DNA from: Myxococcota bacterium
Lineage (GTDB): Bacteria > Myxococcota_A > UBA9160 > UBA6930
Assembly: GCA_965223415.1 (NCBI GenBank)
Contig: OZ245002.1
Span: forward strand, 1,088,001 to 1,152,000
Direction of reading: 5' to 3'
DNA length: 64,000 bases
Shown here: one piece after another, positions 46,712-56,615 of the stretch
How the letters are laid out: every line of letters starts with the position of its first letter
How positions within the stretch are numbered: the first letter of the stretch is position 1
Position numbers and translations under genes: made by a program
Notes under the pieces: generated by a model
What the model was told of the DNA's origin: nothing
Database searches by the model: none
What the model saw: the letters and a program-made list of their open reading frames with translations, nothing else

Positions 46712-49125
46712 GGGCAGGCGCGATCGTGCAGGCGCGGATGAGCAGCCGCCGCCTGCCCGGGAAGGTGCTGCGCGATCTCGCGGGCGAGCCGTTGCTGGCC
46801 CGCGTGGTCGAGCGGGTGCGCCAGGCCCGGCGCCTCGCCTTCGTCGGCGTCGCGACGTCCGCGGAGGCGGAAGACGATGCGATCGCCGCCTTCTGTCGCG
46901 TCCAGGGCATCCCCTGCCACCGCGGGCCGCTCGGCGACGTGCTCGCCCGCACGGCGGAGGCCGCGCGGCGCTGGAAGCTCGACCCGGTCGTGCGCATCAC
47001 CGCCGATTGTCCCTTCGTCTGCCCGGAGCTGATCGATCGCCTCGTCGCCGAGCTCGTCGCCCGGGACGCCGATGCGATCCGGCTGGCAGGGCCGAGCCTG
47101 CACGAGGGCATCGATCCCTTCTCTCGACGGGCGATCTTGCACTGGCAGGCCCAGGCGCTGTCGCCGGAGGAGCGCGAGCACCTGGGGCTCCTCCCCCAGC
47201 GCCGCGGCGAGGGTCTGCGCCTGGCGACGCTTGCGCCCCGCGCGGAGGATCCGCCTCCGGGCCCCGTGCGGCTCTCGGTGGACGAGCCTCACCAGCTCGA
47301 TTTCGCCCGCGCCGTCTACGCCGCCCTGGGCGGGCATGCCTGCTTCACCACCCTGGAGCTGCTGGCCGAGCTCCGACGGAGCCGTGTGCCCACCGGCGCC
47401 GACGCCGTCGTCGACGCCCTCCGGGCGGCGGGCGTGCCGCGTCTGCACCTCTACCCGGGCGGCACCATCATGCCGATCCTGAACGCGTGGATCGCCCGCG
47501 GCGGCGCCTTCGTGGTGGCGCGTCACGAGCAGGGCGCCGGCTACGCCGCCCTCGCCGAGGCACGCCTGGACGGGGAGCCGCGCGTCGCGATGGTGACGAG
47601 TGGCCCCGGGGTGACGAACCTGATGACCGTGGTCGCCGACGCCTGGTATGACGCCACACCGCTGGTCGCGATCACCGGCCAGGTCGGCACGGGGGATCTC
47701 CGCAGCCGACCGGGAGTGCGCCAGCGCGGCTTCCAGGAAGCGCCGACGGCCGCCCTGTGCGCGCCGATCAGCAAGGCCTGCCTGCGCCCGATGACGCCGG
47801 ACGAAGTGCCGGCGGTGATGGACGAAGCCCTGGCCCTCGCGGTCGCGGACCGGCCGGGACCAGTGGTGATCGAGCTGCCGATGGACGTTCAGCGCGGCGC
47901 GCTCGAAGCTCCGGGAGGCACCGAAGAGAAGGGAACCGGGACGCCCTCGAGGCCGGTCGTGGGCCCACCGGCCGCTCCCGACGAGGCGGCGATCGCGCTG
48001 CTCGCCGAGTGGCTGCGGGAGGCGGAACGTCCGCTGGTCCTCGCCGGACAGGGAGTGCTGCAGAGCGGCGCCGTGGAGCCGCTCCGGCGCCTGGCCGAGC
48101 GCGCACGGATCCCGGTGGCGACCAGTCTGCTCGGACTGGGCGCGGTTCCCGGCGATCACCCCCTCTCCCTCGGCATGGTCGGACACACGGGCACGGGCTG
48201 GGCCAACCGCGCCCTCGCCGAGTGCGACCTCCTGCTCGTGCTCGGCGCGCGCCTCGACGTACGCCAGACCGGCACCCGAACCGAGGCGTTCGCGCCGCAC
48301 GCGCGGATCGCCCGGGTCGACCTCGACCCGGCGGAGCTCTCGGCGCCGCGGGTGCACACGGAGCTGCCGATCCGGGGCGACGCGGCGCTGGCCCTGGCAG
48401 CTCTCGAACGCGCCTGGAACCCGGAGTCCGAGCCGCCCGCCTGCCACGAGGCGTGGCTCGGCCGCCTGAAGGAGTGGCGCGCGCGGCTTCCCCTCGACGC
48501 CGCGCCGGTCGCGAGCGGCTGCCATCCCGCCGAGCTGCTGCGCGCCGTCGACCGGGCGACCGCCGGTGAGTCGCTCGTGGTCGTGACGGGCGTGGGCCAC
48601 CACCAGCAGTGGGCTGCCCGACACTTCACCTTCGACGCGCCGCGCCGCAGGCTCCTCACCTCGGGCGGCCACGGTGCCATGGGCTACGACCTGCCCTCCG
48701 CGGCGGGCGCGTGTCTGGCGTGTCCGGACGCCCGGGTGCTGTGCGTGGTGGGCGACGGCTCCCTGCAGATCAACGGACAGGAGCTCGGGACCCTGGCCGA
48801 GTACGGCCTGCCCGCCAAGGTCCTGGTCCTGGACAACCGGCGCCTGGCCATGGTCTCCCAGTTCCAGAAGCTCACCTGGGGACACGATCCGAGCACCGGC
48901 GAGCGCGCGCCGGTCGACTTCGCGGGGCTGGCGCGGAGCTACGGCGTGCCTGCGTTTCGTCTCGAGCGATGGGACGAGGCGGCACCGGCGACCCTGCGCG
49001 CGTTCCTGGATCGGGCGGGCCCGGCGCTGTTGTGGGCGAGCATCGACCCGAGCGCCGAGGTGTCGCCGATGCTGCTGGCCGGCCAGACCACCGACGACCT
49101 CTGGTACGGGGACGACCCGTCGTGA
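46708..49125 (+). CDS. SpsF-type cytidylyltransferase fused to an acetolactate-synthase-like ThDP enzyme
   Basis: IVQARMSSRRLPGKVL, RITADCP, RLSVD; from 47386 YPGG, RHEQGA, TSGPG, GFQE, GAMGYDLP, GDGS..DN. Confidence 0.85.
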   Translation: MRAGAIVQARMSSRRLPGKVLRDLAGEPLLARVVERVRQARRLAFVGVATSAEAEDDAIAAFCRVQGIPCHRGPLGDVLARTAEAARRWKLDPVVRITADCPFVCPELIDRLVAELVARDADAIRLAGPSLHEGIDPFSRRAILHWQAQALSPEEREHLGLLPQRRGEGLRLATLAPRAEDPPPGPVRLSVDEPHQLDFARAVYAALGGHACFTTLELLAELRRSRVPTGADAVVDALRAAGVPRLHLYPGGTIMPILNAWIARGGAFVVARHEQGAGYAALAEARLDGEPRVAMVTSGPGVTNLMTVVADAWYDATPLVAITGQVGTGDLRSRPGVRQRGFQEAPTAALCAPISKACLRPMTPDEVPAVMDEALALAVADRPGPVVIELPMDVQRGALEAPGGTEEKGTGTPSRPVVGPPAAPDEAAIALLAEWLREAERPLVLAGQGVLQSGAVEPLRRLAERARIPVATSLLGLGAVPGDHPLSLGMVGHTGTGWANRALAECDLLLVLGARLDVRQTGTRTEAFAPHARIARVDLDPAELSAPRVHTELPIRGDAALALAALERAWNPESEPPACHEAWLGRLKEWRARLPLDAAPVASGCHPAELLRAVDRATAGESLVVVTGVGHHQQWAARHFTFDAPRRRLLTSGGHGAMGYDLPSAAGACLACPDARVLCVVGDGSLQINGQELGTLAEYGLPAKVLVLDNRRLAMVSQFQKLTWGHDPSTGERAPVDFAGLARSYGVPAFRLERWDEAAPATLRAFLDRAGPALLWASIDPSAEVSPMLLAGQTTDDLWYGDDPS

Positions 49126-49877
49126 TCCCGAACCTGGACGGACGCCACGCCTTCGTCACCGGGGGAGGCCGCGGCATCGGCCGGGCGACCGCGCTGGCGC
49201 TCGCCGATGCGGGCGCGGCATTGACGATCACCTGGTGCAGCCGGCGCGACGAGGCGGAGCGCACACTCGCGGAGCTGGCCGCCCGCGGTGTCGCGGCCGG
49301 TGCCCAGCCCCTCAACGCAGCCCGCCCCGAGGAGGTTCGCTGCGCCTTCCGACGGGCGCAGGCCGAGCGGGGTCCGGTTCACGTGCTGGTCAACAACGCG
49401 GGGATGGTCCAGGAGAAGCCGTTCGAAGAGATCCGGGTGGCGGACTGGGACCGCATGCTCGAGGTGAACCTCCGCGGCCCGTTCCTGTGCGCGCGAGAGG
49501 CGCTTCCAGCCATGCGCGAACGGCGCTGGGGACGCATCGTGAACGTCAGCTCGATCGGCGGCCAGTGGGGCGGCATCCGGCAGGTGCACTATGCGGCAGC
49601 GAAGGCCGGCCTCATCAGCCTCACCCGCTCCCTCGCCCGCGTGGCCGCGGCCGACGGTGTCACGGCGAACGCCGTGGCCCCAGGCCTCATCGGTACGGAG
49701 ATGATCGCCGGAGAGCTCGCCAGCGGCGACGGCCGCGCCAAGGCCGCGGGCATCCCCATCGGCCGCATCGGAACGCCCGAGGAGGTGGGCGAGACGATCG
49801 CGTTCCTGGCTTCGGACGCGGCTTCGTACATCACGGGCCAGACGGTCAACGTCAACGGCGGGATGTACTTCACATGA
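49122..49877 (+). CDS. FabG-like short-chain dehydrogenase/reductase
   Basis: TGGGRGIG, NNAG, YAAAK, YITGQ. Confidence 0.92.
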   Translation: MIPNLDGRHAFVTGGGRGIGRATALALADAGAALTITWCSRRDEAERTLAELAARGVAAGAQPLNAARPEEVRCAFRRAQAERGPVHVLVNNAGMVQEKPFEEIRVADWDRMLEVNLRGPFLCAREALPAMRERRWGRIVNVSSIGGQWGGIRQVHYAAAKAGLISLTRSLARVAAADGVTANAVAPGLIGTEMIAGELASGDGRAKAAGIPIGRIGTPEEVGETIAFLASDAASYITGQTVNVNGGMYFT

Positions 49878-51097
49878 GCCTCCTGTGGGTGATCAGCGCC
49901 GGTCCGGAGGCGTGCCCGACCATCGCCCGTGCGAAGGAGCTCGGCCTGGAGGTGGTGGCCAGCGACGTGCGGCCGGAGGCCCCGGGCCTGGCCCTGGCGG
50001 ACCACGCAGTCGTGGCGAGCGTCTACGACCCGGAGGAGACCCTCGCCGCGGCACAGTCCTTCGCCGCGAGGGTTCGAGCGCCCGACGGCGTGCTATGCGT
50101 CGCCGCCGATGCGCCCCGGACGGCGGCGCGCCTCTGCGAGGCGTTCGACCTTCCCGGTGTGTCGGTACAGACCGCCCGACTGGCGTCGGACAAGCTCGCC
50201 ATGAAGGAGCGCCTGGCGGCGGACGGCGTGCCGGTGCCCTGGTTCCGCTCGGTCTCCGATGCCCGGGAGCTCGCGGAGCTCGCGGACAAGGAAGACCTTC
50301 CTCTGGTCGTCAAGCCCGTCGACAGCCGCGGCGCGCGCGGCGTGGTGCGTCTCACCGGCGCCGTCGACCCGGCCTGGGCCTTCGCGACCGCCCTCACCCA
50401 CTCCCCGAGCGGCCGCGTGATGGTCGAGCACTTCCTCGACGGGCCGCAGGTGAGCACCGAATCTCTCGTCCTCGGCGACGCGGTGGCCACGCCGGGCTTC
50501 GCCGACCGCAACTACGCTCTTCTCGATCGCTTCGCCCCCTTCGTCTTGGAGAACGGCGGGGAGCTGCCCTCGCTCCTGCCGGAGGACGTCCGGTCCGCCA
50601 CCTGCGATGCGGTGGCCCGGGCCACCCGGAGCCTCGGGCTCTCGGTCGGCGTGGCCAAAGGCGACGTCGTCGTGCACCGGGGCCGCCCGATGATCATCGA
50701 GCTCGCGGCGCGGTTGAGCGGCGGCTACCTGTGCTCCCACCATATTCCTCTCTCGACGGGCGTGGACTTCATCGGGGCGGCGATCCGACAGGCCGTCGGC
50801 CAGCGGGTCGACGCCTCGGAGCTCGCCCCGCGCCGGACGCGGGGCGTCGCCCAGCGCTTCGTCTTTCCGCGGCCGGGCCGCGTCGTCGCGGTGCACGGGG
50901 AGCGCGAGGTGGCTGCCCGCCGGGAGATCGCGCTGGTCGAGGTACGGGTGGCGCCGGGAGACCTGGTGGGGCCGGTCGAGCACCACCCGAGCCGCGCTGG
51001 GTTGGTCATCGCCCACGCCGACTCCCGGGAGGCCGCCGTGCGCGCCGCGGACGCCGCTGCCGACGCTCTCGTGATCGAGACGGTTCCCGCGCCGTGA
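49874..51097 (+). CDS. ATP-grasp ligase
   Basis: DKLAMKE, VVKPVDSRGARGV, VEHFLDG, IIELAARLSGG. Confidence 0.9.
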   Translation: MSLLWVISAGPEACPTIARAKELGLEVVASDVRPEAPGLALADHAVVASVYDPEETLAAAQSFAARVRAPDGVLCVAADAPRTAARLCEAFDLPGVSVQTARLASDKLAMKERLAADGVPVPWFRSVSDARELAELADKEDLPLVVKPVDSRGARGVVRLTGAVDPAWAFATALTHSPSGRVMVEHFLDGPQVSTESLVLGDAVATPGFADRNYALLDRFAPFVLENGGELPSLLPEDVRSATCDAVARATRSLGLSVGVAKGDVVVHRGRPMIIELAARLSGGYLCSHHIPLSTGVDFIGAAIRQAVGQRVDASELAPRRTRGVAQRFVFPRPGRVVAVHGEREVAARREIALVEVRVAPGDLVGPVEHHPSRAGLVIAHADSREAAVRAADAAADALVIETVPAP

Positions 51098-53052
51098 GCG
51101 AGCCGCTCCACGTCTACGCGATCTTCCACCTGAACCTCATGTTCTCGGCAATCGAGGAGCGCCAGCGGCCGCAGGTGGTGGAGCGCTGCTATTGGCCCCT
51201 CCTGTCCCTCGCGACCGACCTGGGCATTCCGCTCGGCCTCGAGGTCTCCGGCCTCACCCTGGAGGAGATCCGTCGCATCGATCCCCTGTGGCTGCGGCGG
51301 CTGCGGAAGCTCACCGAGGCCGGCACCTGCGAGCTGGTCGGCAGCGGCGACGCCCAGCTGATCGGTCCGCTTGTCCCGGAATCCGTCAATCGCTGGAACC
51401 TGCGCCTCGGCCGGGAGCGCGCCGAAGCGTTGCTAGGCGAGGCCCCGCGGCTCGCCTTCGTGAACGAGCAGGCCTTCTCCGCGGGGCTCGTGCCCCTCTA
51501 CCGGGAGGCGGGCTTCGAGGCGATCGTCATGGAGTGGAACAACGCGGCCCGGACGCACCCGGAGTGGCCCCGGGACTGGCGCTACCACCCGCAGCTCGCC
51601 GCGGGGCCCGGAGGCGAGACGATCCCCCTCGTATGGAACGACTCGATCGCCTTCCAGCGGCTCCAGCGGGTGGCCCACGGTGAGATCACCGGGGACGAGC
51701 TGGTCGAGTGGCTCGCGCCCCGGGCCGGAAGGGGCCGGGCGTTTCCCCTCTACGGCGGCGACGCCGAGATCTTCGACTTTCGCCCGAATCGCTATGCGGT
51801 CGAGCCCACCCTCGAAGCCGGCGAGTGGCAGCGCCTTCGCGATCTCTTCCTTCGCCTCCAGGAAGACGAGCGCTTCCGCTGGGTGGCGCCGAGCGCCACG
51901 CTGGCCCTCCCTGCCGGCGAGCACGGGGGGCAGGTGCTCCGACTCGACACGGCGGAGCAACCGTGCCCGGTGAAGAAGCAGCCGAAGTACCACCTGGCCC
52001 GGTGGGCGGTGAGCGGGCGGGACGATCTCGCCGTGAACACCGTATGTCGCCGCATCGCGGGGGAGTTGGAGCGCCAGCCCGAAGCCCGGGCGGAGGACTG
52101 GCAGGAGCTCTGCGCACTGTGGGGCAGCGACTACCGCACCCACATCACCGACGACCGCTGGCGCGGGTTCCGCGACCGCCTTTCCCGCTTCGAGCGCCGG
52201 GTCCGCGGCCCGGCCGCCCTGCCGAGCCCGAGCACCGCCTGCTGGCCCGTGGCGCTTCCGGATTCGCGCTGGGATCGCGAGGGTTCGCGGCTGCGCTTCG
52301 AGAGCGATCGCCTGCGCATCCACTTCAACATCCGCCGCGGCCTCGCGATCGAGGCCCTGTGGTGGAAGGACGTGTCGCCGGATCCGCTGGTCGGAACGCT
52401 GCGCCACGGCTTCTTCGAGGACGTGGCCTGGGCCAGCGATCTCTACACCGGCCACGCGGTCTTCCAGCCGCCGGGCCGGCACCAGATCACCGACCTCTCG
52501 CCCATCGAGCCGTTCCTGGAGAACCACGGCGACCGGCTGGCACGCCTGACGGGCACGCTCCCGACGGAGCTGGGCCCGATCGAGAAGCGCTGGCAGATCG
52601 ACCTCGAGCACGGCCGCATCGACCTGGCCCATCACTTCTTCTGGCCCGGGCCGGCGACGGGCTCCTTGCGCGTCGGTCACGTGACCCTGCTGCCTGGCGC
52701 GTTCGAGCGGAGCTCCCTCTTCTACCGGACCTGCAACGGCGGCGGGCCGGAGCGCTTCGCGCTGGGGAAGGGCTTCGATCAGGGCCGCGCGGTTTCGAGC
52801 CTGGTCTCGTCCAGCGGCGCCGTCGGGATGACCGAAGGCTGGCTCGAGCTGGGCGACGCGCGCACGAGCGTCCGGATCGACCTTGACCTGGCCCACGCCG
52901 CGTGCGTCGGCCTGCTGCGCTTCGAGCCCGTGGACGATCGCTTCTTCCTGCGCGCCACCCTCTCGGCCCGGGAGTGCGACGACACGGCCAGGCCCGTCGC
53001 CAACGACGGCCTGGTGTGCGCCTTCTCCCTCAGCGCGCGGAAACGTTGCTGA
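51094..53052 (+). CDS. GH57/NodB-like barrel protein (possible deacetylase)
   Basis: YAIFHLNL, CYWPLL, ELVGSG, NEQAFS, YGGDAEIF. Confidence 0.7.
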   Translation: MSEPLHVYAIFHLNLMFSAIEERQRPQVVERCYWPLLSLATDLGIPLGLEVSGLTLEEIRRIDPLWLRRLRKLTEAGTCELVGSGDAQLIGPLVPESVNRWNLRLGRERAEALLGEAPRLAFVNEQAFSAGLVPLYREAGFEAIVMEWNNAARTHPEWPRDWRYHPQLAAGPGGETIPLVWNDSIAFQRLQRVAHGEITGDELVEWLAPRAGRGRAFPLYGGDAEIFDFRPNRYAVEPTLEAGEWQRLRDLFLRLQEDERFRWVAPSATLALPAGEHGGQVLRLDTAEQPCPVKKQPKYHLARWAVSGRDDLAVNTVCRRIAGELERQPEARAEDWQELCALWGSDYRTHITDDRWRGFRDRLSRFERRVRGPAALPSPSTACWPVALPDSRWDREGSRLRFESDRLRIHFNIRRGLAIEALWWKDVSPDPLVGTLRHGFFEDVAWASDLYTGHAVFQPPGRHQITDLSPIEPFLENHGDRLARLTGTLPTELGPIEKRWQIDLEHGRIDLAHHFFWPGPATGSLRVGHVTLLPGAFERSSLFYRTCNGGGPERFALGKGFDQGRAVSSLVSSSGAVGMTEGWLELGDARTSVRIDLDLAHAACVGLLRFEPVDDRFFLRATLSARECDDTARPVANDGLVCAFSLSARKRC

Positions 53053-54262
53053 AGGCCGGCGTGCGCTCGTAGAAGGTCACTGTCGGGACGGAGCCGAGGC
53101 CGAGACGGCGCAGATTGGCGAGCATCTCCGTCTGGAAGTCGTAGCTGGAGACGACGATCGCGTCGGGACGCAGGGCGGCCAGGGCCTCCGGGGCGACGAC
53201 GGGCAGGCCGAGGACGCGGCTTCCCTGCTTGGCCGGGTTGCCGTCGGCCAACGCGACGATCCGGGCCTTCCGCAGGTCGGTGGCGTCGAGCAGGCACTCC
53301 GTGTGGTAGCCGGCCCCGTACAGGGCGACCCGGTGACCCTCGGCGAGCCAGCGGGGCAGCGCCTCGTCGACGCGCGCGCGGAGGCGCTCCAGGAAGACAC
53401 GGCGCTCGCGGGTGTAGCGACCCACGACGTCCCGGATCGCCGCGACCTCGTCGGGTGCCGCCGGAACCGGGGCGCCCGGGCGCTCGCCCCGGCGTGCCCA
53501 CGAGCGGAAGGCCGGGAACGGGAAGTCCTGGTCGCAGGTCTCCGGCTCGAGGCCGCAGGCCCGCAGCAGGGCAGCCAGGGTCACGGGGCTGAAGTTGAAG
53601 AGGTGGTCGAAGGTGAAGAAGTCGACGGCGCTCTCGAGGCGGGGGCGCAGCACGTTGGGCACCTCGATGAAGAGCGCGCCGCCGGGAGCGAGGAGCTCGC
53701 GACAGCGCAGGAGGGTGGCGCGGGGATCGGCGAGGTGCTCGAGAACGTGGGAGAGCGCGATCAGGTCGAAGCGCTCCCCGGCCAGCGGCGCGTCCTCGAA
53801 GGCGCCGGCTTCGATCGGGACGCCCCAGCGCTCGCGCCCGAGGCGGGCGGCGCTCCGGGAGGGCTCGACGCCGCGCACCCGGGCGCCCCGGTCCCGGAGC
53901 AGCTTCAGCAGGAAGCCCTCGTAGCAGCCGATCTCGAGGACGCGCCAACCCACGAGCGGGCCCGCGGCGCGCTCGATCCAAGCGGCCTGGTCGCGCCGGC
54001 TCCCCTCACCGGGGATGCGCGGGCTGCCGTCCTCGGCGACGAAGGCGTCGCGCTCCTGGGCGGCGTAGAAGCTCGCGAGCAGCGCCGGCTCCGGCTGGGG
54101 ATCCGTGGAGACCAGGCCGCAGTGCGTGCACAGCACGGTGCGGATGTCGAAGGGCACCTCGCACCCGCCGGTGAGGATCCGGAAGCCCTCCTGGACCCGG
54201 ACCTCCTCGCTCTCCCGCGCGCCACAAGCAGGACAGGGCCGGCCGGCCTCAGCCATGTGCAT
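53030..54262 (-). CDS. Class I SAM methyltransferase with Zn-ribbon and C-methyltransferase-like C-terminus
   Basis: CPAC..CTHC, VLEIGCYEG, HVLEH, IEVPN, ALYGAG, DGNPAKQG. Confidence 0.88.
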   Translation of the reverse strand: MHMAEAGRPCPACGARESEEVRVQEGFRILTGGCEVPFDIRTVLCTHCGLVSTDPQPEPALLASFYAAQERDAFVAEDGSPRIPGEGSRRDQAAWIERAAGPLVGWRVLEIGCYEGFLLKLLRDRGARVRGVEPSRSAARLGRERWGVPIEAGAFEDAPLAGERFDLIALSHVLEHLADPRATLLRCRELLAPGGALFIEVPNVLRPRLESAVDFFTFDHLFNFSPVTLAALLRACGLEPETCDQDFPFPAFRSWARRGERPGAPVPAAPDEVAAIRDVVGRYTRERRVFLERLRARVDEALPRWLAEGHRVALYGAGYHTECLLDATDLRKARIVALADGNPAKQGSRVLGLPVVAPEALAALRPDAIVVSSYDFQTEMLANLRRLGLGSVPTVTFYERTPAFSNVSAR

Positions 54263-54287
54263 CCCCCCTCCGTTCTCATCGGACGAT

Positions 54288-54315
54288 TCAAGGATTTCTG
54301 GAACCCCGCCGATGG
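54288..54315 (+). promoter_or_regulatory. sigma28/FliA-like promoter
   Basis: TCAAG-N15-GCCGATGG upstream of the radical SAM gene; overlapping divergent TCCAG-N14-TCCGAT. Confidence 0.6.
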
Positions 54316-54333
54316 GAACCGCGGAGGGAGGGG

Positions 54334-55521
54334 ATGCACCCGCATCAGGAGGTTCGTATCCAGCATCCGGTGGGAGCGCTGTCGCCCACCGGCGTCCTCG
54401 ACGTGGGGCTGCGTTGCCCCCATTCCTGCGTGTTCTGCTACTACAGCCACTTCGACGGCCACGCGGAGCCCTTCCACGCCCTTCGGACCCTGCCCTTCCG
54501 CCCCCTGCCGGAGTGCACGGAGCTCGCGGACGACTTCCGGCAGTGGGGGCTCACCCACTGCGACGTGACCGGCGGCGAGCCGAGCCTGCATCCGCACATC
54601 CTGGAGCTGATCCACCACGTGGAGCACGTGGCGGACCTGCGCGCCCGGCTCATCACCCTGGCCCAGTTCACCATGCGTCCCCACAAGCCGAGCGGCCGCG
54701 AGCGTCTGGTCGACGGGCTGCTCGACGCGGGGCTCACGGACTTCCTGTTCTCCTTCCATGCGGCGAGCGAGGGGCTCTTCAAGCAGCTCACGAAGGGCTC
54801 GCTCGCCCAGGTGAAGGCGACCATGGAGTATCTCGACGCCTGCGCGTTCTCGTACACCGCGAACACGGTCGTGCAGCAGTACAACGCCCACGAGCTGCCG
54901 GCGATCGCGCGCTATCTCTCGAGGCGGAACCTGCGCTTCCACAACTTCATCGTGATGAAGCTCGAGTGGGGATGGCGCAACGGGCCGGACCACGGCGTCG
55001 AGCACAAGGCGCGCTACGACGAGATCGCGCCGTCCCTGCGCGACGCCGTGCACATCCTGGAGGATGCGGGCGTGGGCGTGAACGTGCGCTACGCCCCCTA
55101 CTGCGCGCTGCCGGGGCTCGAGAAGAACCTGGTCGGCTACAAGCAGGTCCAGCTCGACCCCTACGAGTGGCGCAACGGCACCCGCGGCGCGAAGACCGAG
55201 GGCACGCCCTACGGCGGCAAGCCCTTCCTCTTCTACGAGAGACTCGAGGACTACCTGGCGAAGCATCCGGGGGACGTGGCGACCCGCGACGAGTACAACA
55301 TGAGCCAGGGTCCTCCCTGCGAGGGCTGCGCCCTTCGCGAGATCTGCGACGGGGTCGATCGGGACTACGTGGCGCGCCACGGTTGGGCCGAGCTCCACCC
55401 CTACGATGGCGAGACGGTCCAGGACCTCACGCACTTCCGGGTGACGAACCCCCGCCCCTTCGAGCTGCTGCAGCGGCCGGGCTGGCCCGGGCCGCGGGAG
55501 AAGGAGGAGGCGGGGTCGTGA
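54334..55521 (+). CDS. Radical SAM protein with C-terminal Cys cluster
   Basis: CPHSCVFC, TGGEP, PYC, CEGCALREICDG. Confidence 0.9.
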   Translation: MHPHQEVRIQHPVGALSPTGVLDVGLRCPHSCVFCYYSHFDGHAEPFHALRTLPFRPLPECTELADDFRQWGLTHCDVTGGEPSLHPHILELIHHVEHVADLRARLITLAQFTMRPHKPSGRERLVDGLLDAGLTDFLFSFHAASEGLFKQLTKGSLAQVKATMEYLDACAFSYTANTVVQQYNAHELPAIARYLSRRNLRFHNFIVMKLEWGWRNGPDHGVEHKARYDEIAPSLRDAVHILEDAGVGVNVRYAPYCALPGLEKNLVGYKQVQLDPYEWRNGTRGAKTEGTPYGGKPFLFYERLEDYLAKHPGDVATRDEYNMSQGPPCEGCALREICDGVDRDYVARHGWAELHPYDGETVQDLTHFRVTNPRPFELLQRPGWPGPREKEEAGS

Positions 55522-56489
55522 GGCTCTCGGTGGTCGTTCCCACCTTCGAGCGGCACTCGAAGCTCGAAGCCTGCGTCGCGAGCCTGGCGGCCCAGGGCGC
55601 CGACGCCGTCGGCGAGGTGGTGATCGCGGACGACGGCTCCGCGGACGACACCCGCGCCTGGCTCGAGGCGGCGCCCCGCCGCGATTGGCCGTTCGCCCTG
55701 CGCGTCCTGCGGCTGGACCACCGGGGACCCGCCGCGGCACGCAATGCCGGCGTGCGCGCGGCCCGCTGCGAGCTGGTGGCCTTCACGGGCGACGATTGCG
55801 TGCTCGCCCCGGGCTGGGCCGAGGCGCACCTGGGCGCCCACGGGGGGAGCCGTGGGGGCTCGGTGCTGGGACACACCACCTGGCTTCCCTCGCTCCGCGT
55901 CACGCCCTTCATGCACTACCAGGAGAACGGCGGCAGCCAATTCGCGTACGGGCGAATCGCCGATCCGGCGGATGCGGGCTGGCGGTACTACTACACGACG
56001 AACGTCTCCTCGCCGAGAGGGCTTCTGCTGGAGCATCCCTTCGACGAGCGCTTTCCGGCAGCGCGCTACGAGGACATGGAGCTCGGTTGGCGCCTCGAGC
56101 AGCAGGGACACCGCGTGGTGTATCGGCCGGAGGCGCTCGCCTGGCACGACCACCCGATCGGCTTCGAGGCCTTTCGCGGGCGCTGCCCCGAGTACGGCGA
56201 GTACGCGGCCCTCTTCCACCGGCTACACCCGCAGGAGCCGGCCCTGGCGCAGGCGCTGGGCATTCGCGACGCGGAGGCCTGCGACCGGGTGCTCGGGGCG
56301 GCCGTCGACGCGGCGGAGCGGGTCGTGGCGGAGCTGGAGGAGGCGGTGGCCAGTGCCGGAGCACCGCCGCCTTTCGGCCTCCGCGGCGCCACCGGGCTGC
56401 TCCACGACGCCTACCGGCTGCTCATCCATCTCGGGCTGGTCGGCGGGATCCGCAAGGCGCTGTCGCTACCGGCGCCGGAGCGGGTCTGA
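55518..56489 (+). CDS. Glycosyltransferase family 2
   Basis: SVVVPT, DDGS, GPAAARNAG, GDD, FDERF..YEDMELGWRL. Confidence 0.9.
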   Translation: MRLSVVVPTFERHSKLEACVASLAAQGADAVGEVVIADDGSADDTRAWLEAAPRRDWPFALRVLRLDHRGPAAARNAGVRAARCELVAFTGDDCVLAPGWAEAHLGAHGGSRGGSVLGHTTWLPSLRVTPFMHYQENGGSQFAYGRIADPADAGWRYYYTTNVSSPRGLLLEHPFDERFPAARYEDMELGWRLEQQGHRVVYRPEALAWHDHPIGFEAFRGRCPEYGEYAALFHRLHPQEPALAQALGIRDAEACDRVLGAAVDAAERVVAELEEAVASAGAPPPFGLRGATGLLHDAYRLLIHLGLVGGIRKALSLPAPERV

Positions 56490-56557
56490 GCGTGGGGCAG
56501 ACGGTCCAGCTCCGCCCGGGTCACCAACGTCTGGTGGGTCCTCCGACGCGACGACAG

Positions 56558-56615
56558 CTTGACAAGCGGAACCGGCCCCCAGCTCAACGGCAACGCAACA
56601 GACGGAACCGGCCCT
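56558..56615 (+). repeat. Short dispersed intergenic repeat (cggaaccggccc core), two copies
   Basis: Cores at about 56566 and 56603; homologous to 18774-18807. Confidence 0.6.

Noticed and set aside
47386..49125. Housekeeping ilvB
   Set aside because: No ilvN or ilvC neighbours; fused to SpsF inside a sugar operon
54334..55521. RiPP (ranthipeptide/His-Xaa-Ser-type) cluster
   Set aside because: No nearby precursor peptide, peptidase or transporter; the context is glycosylation
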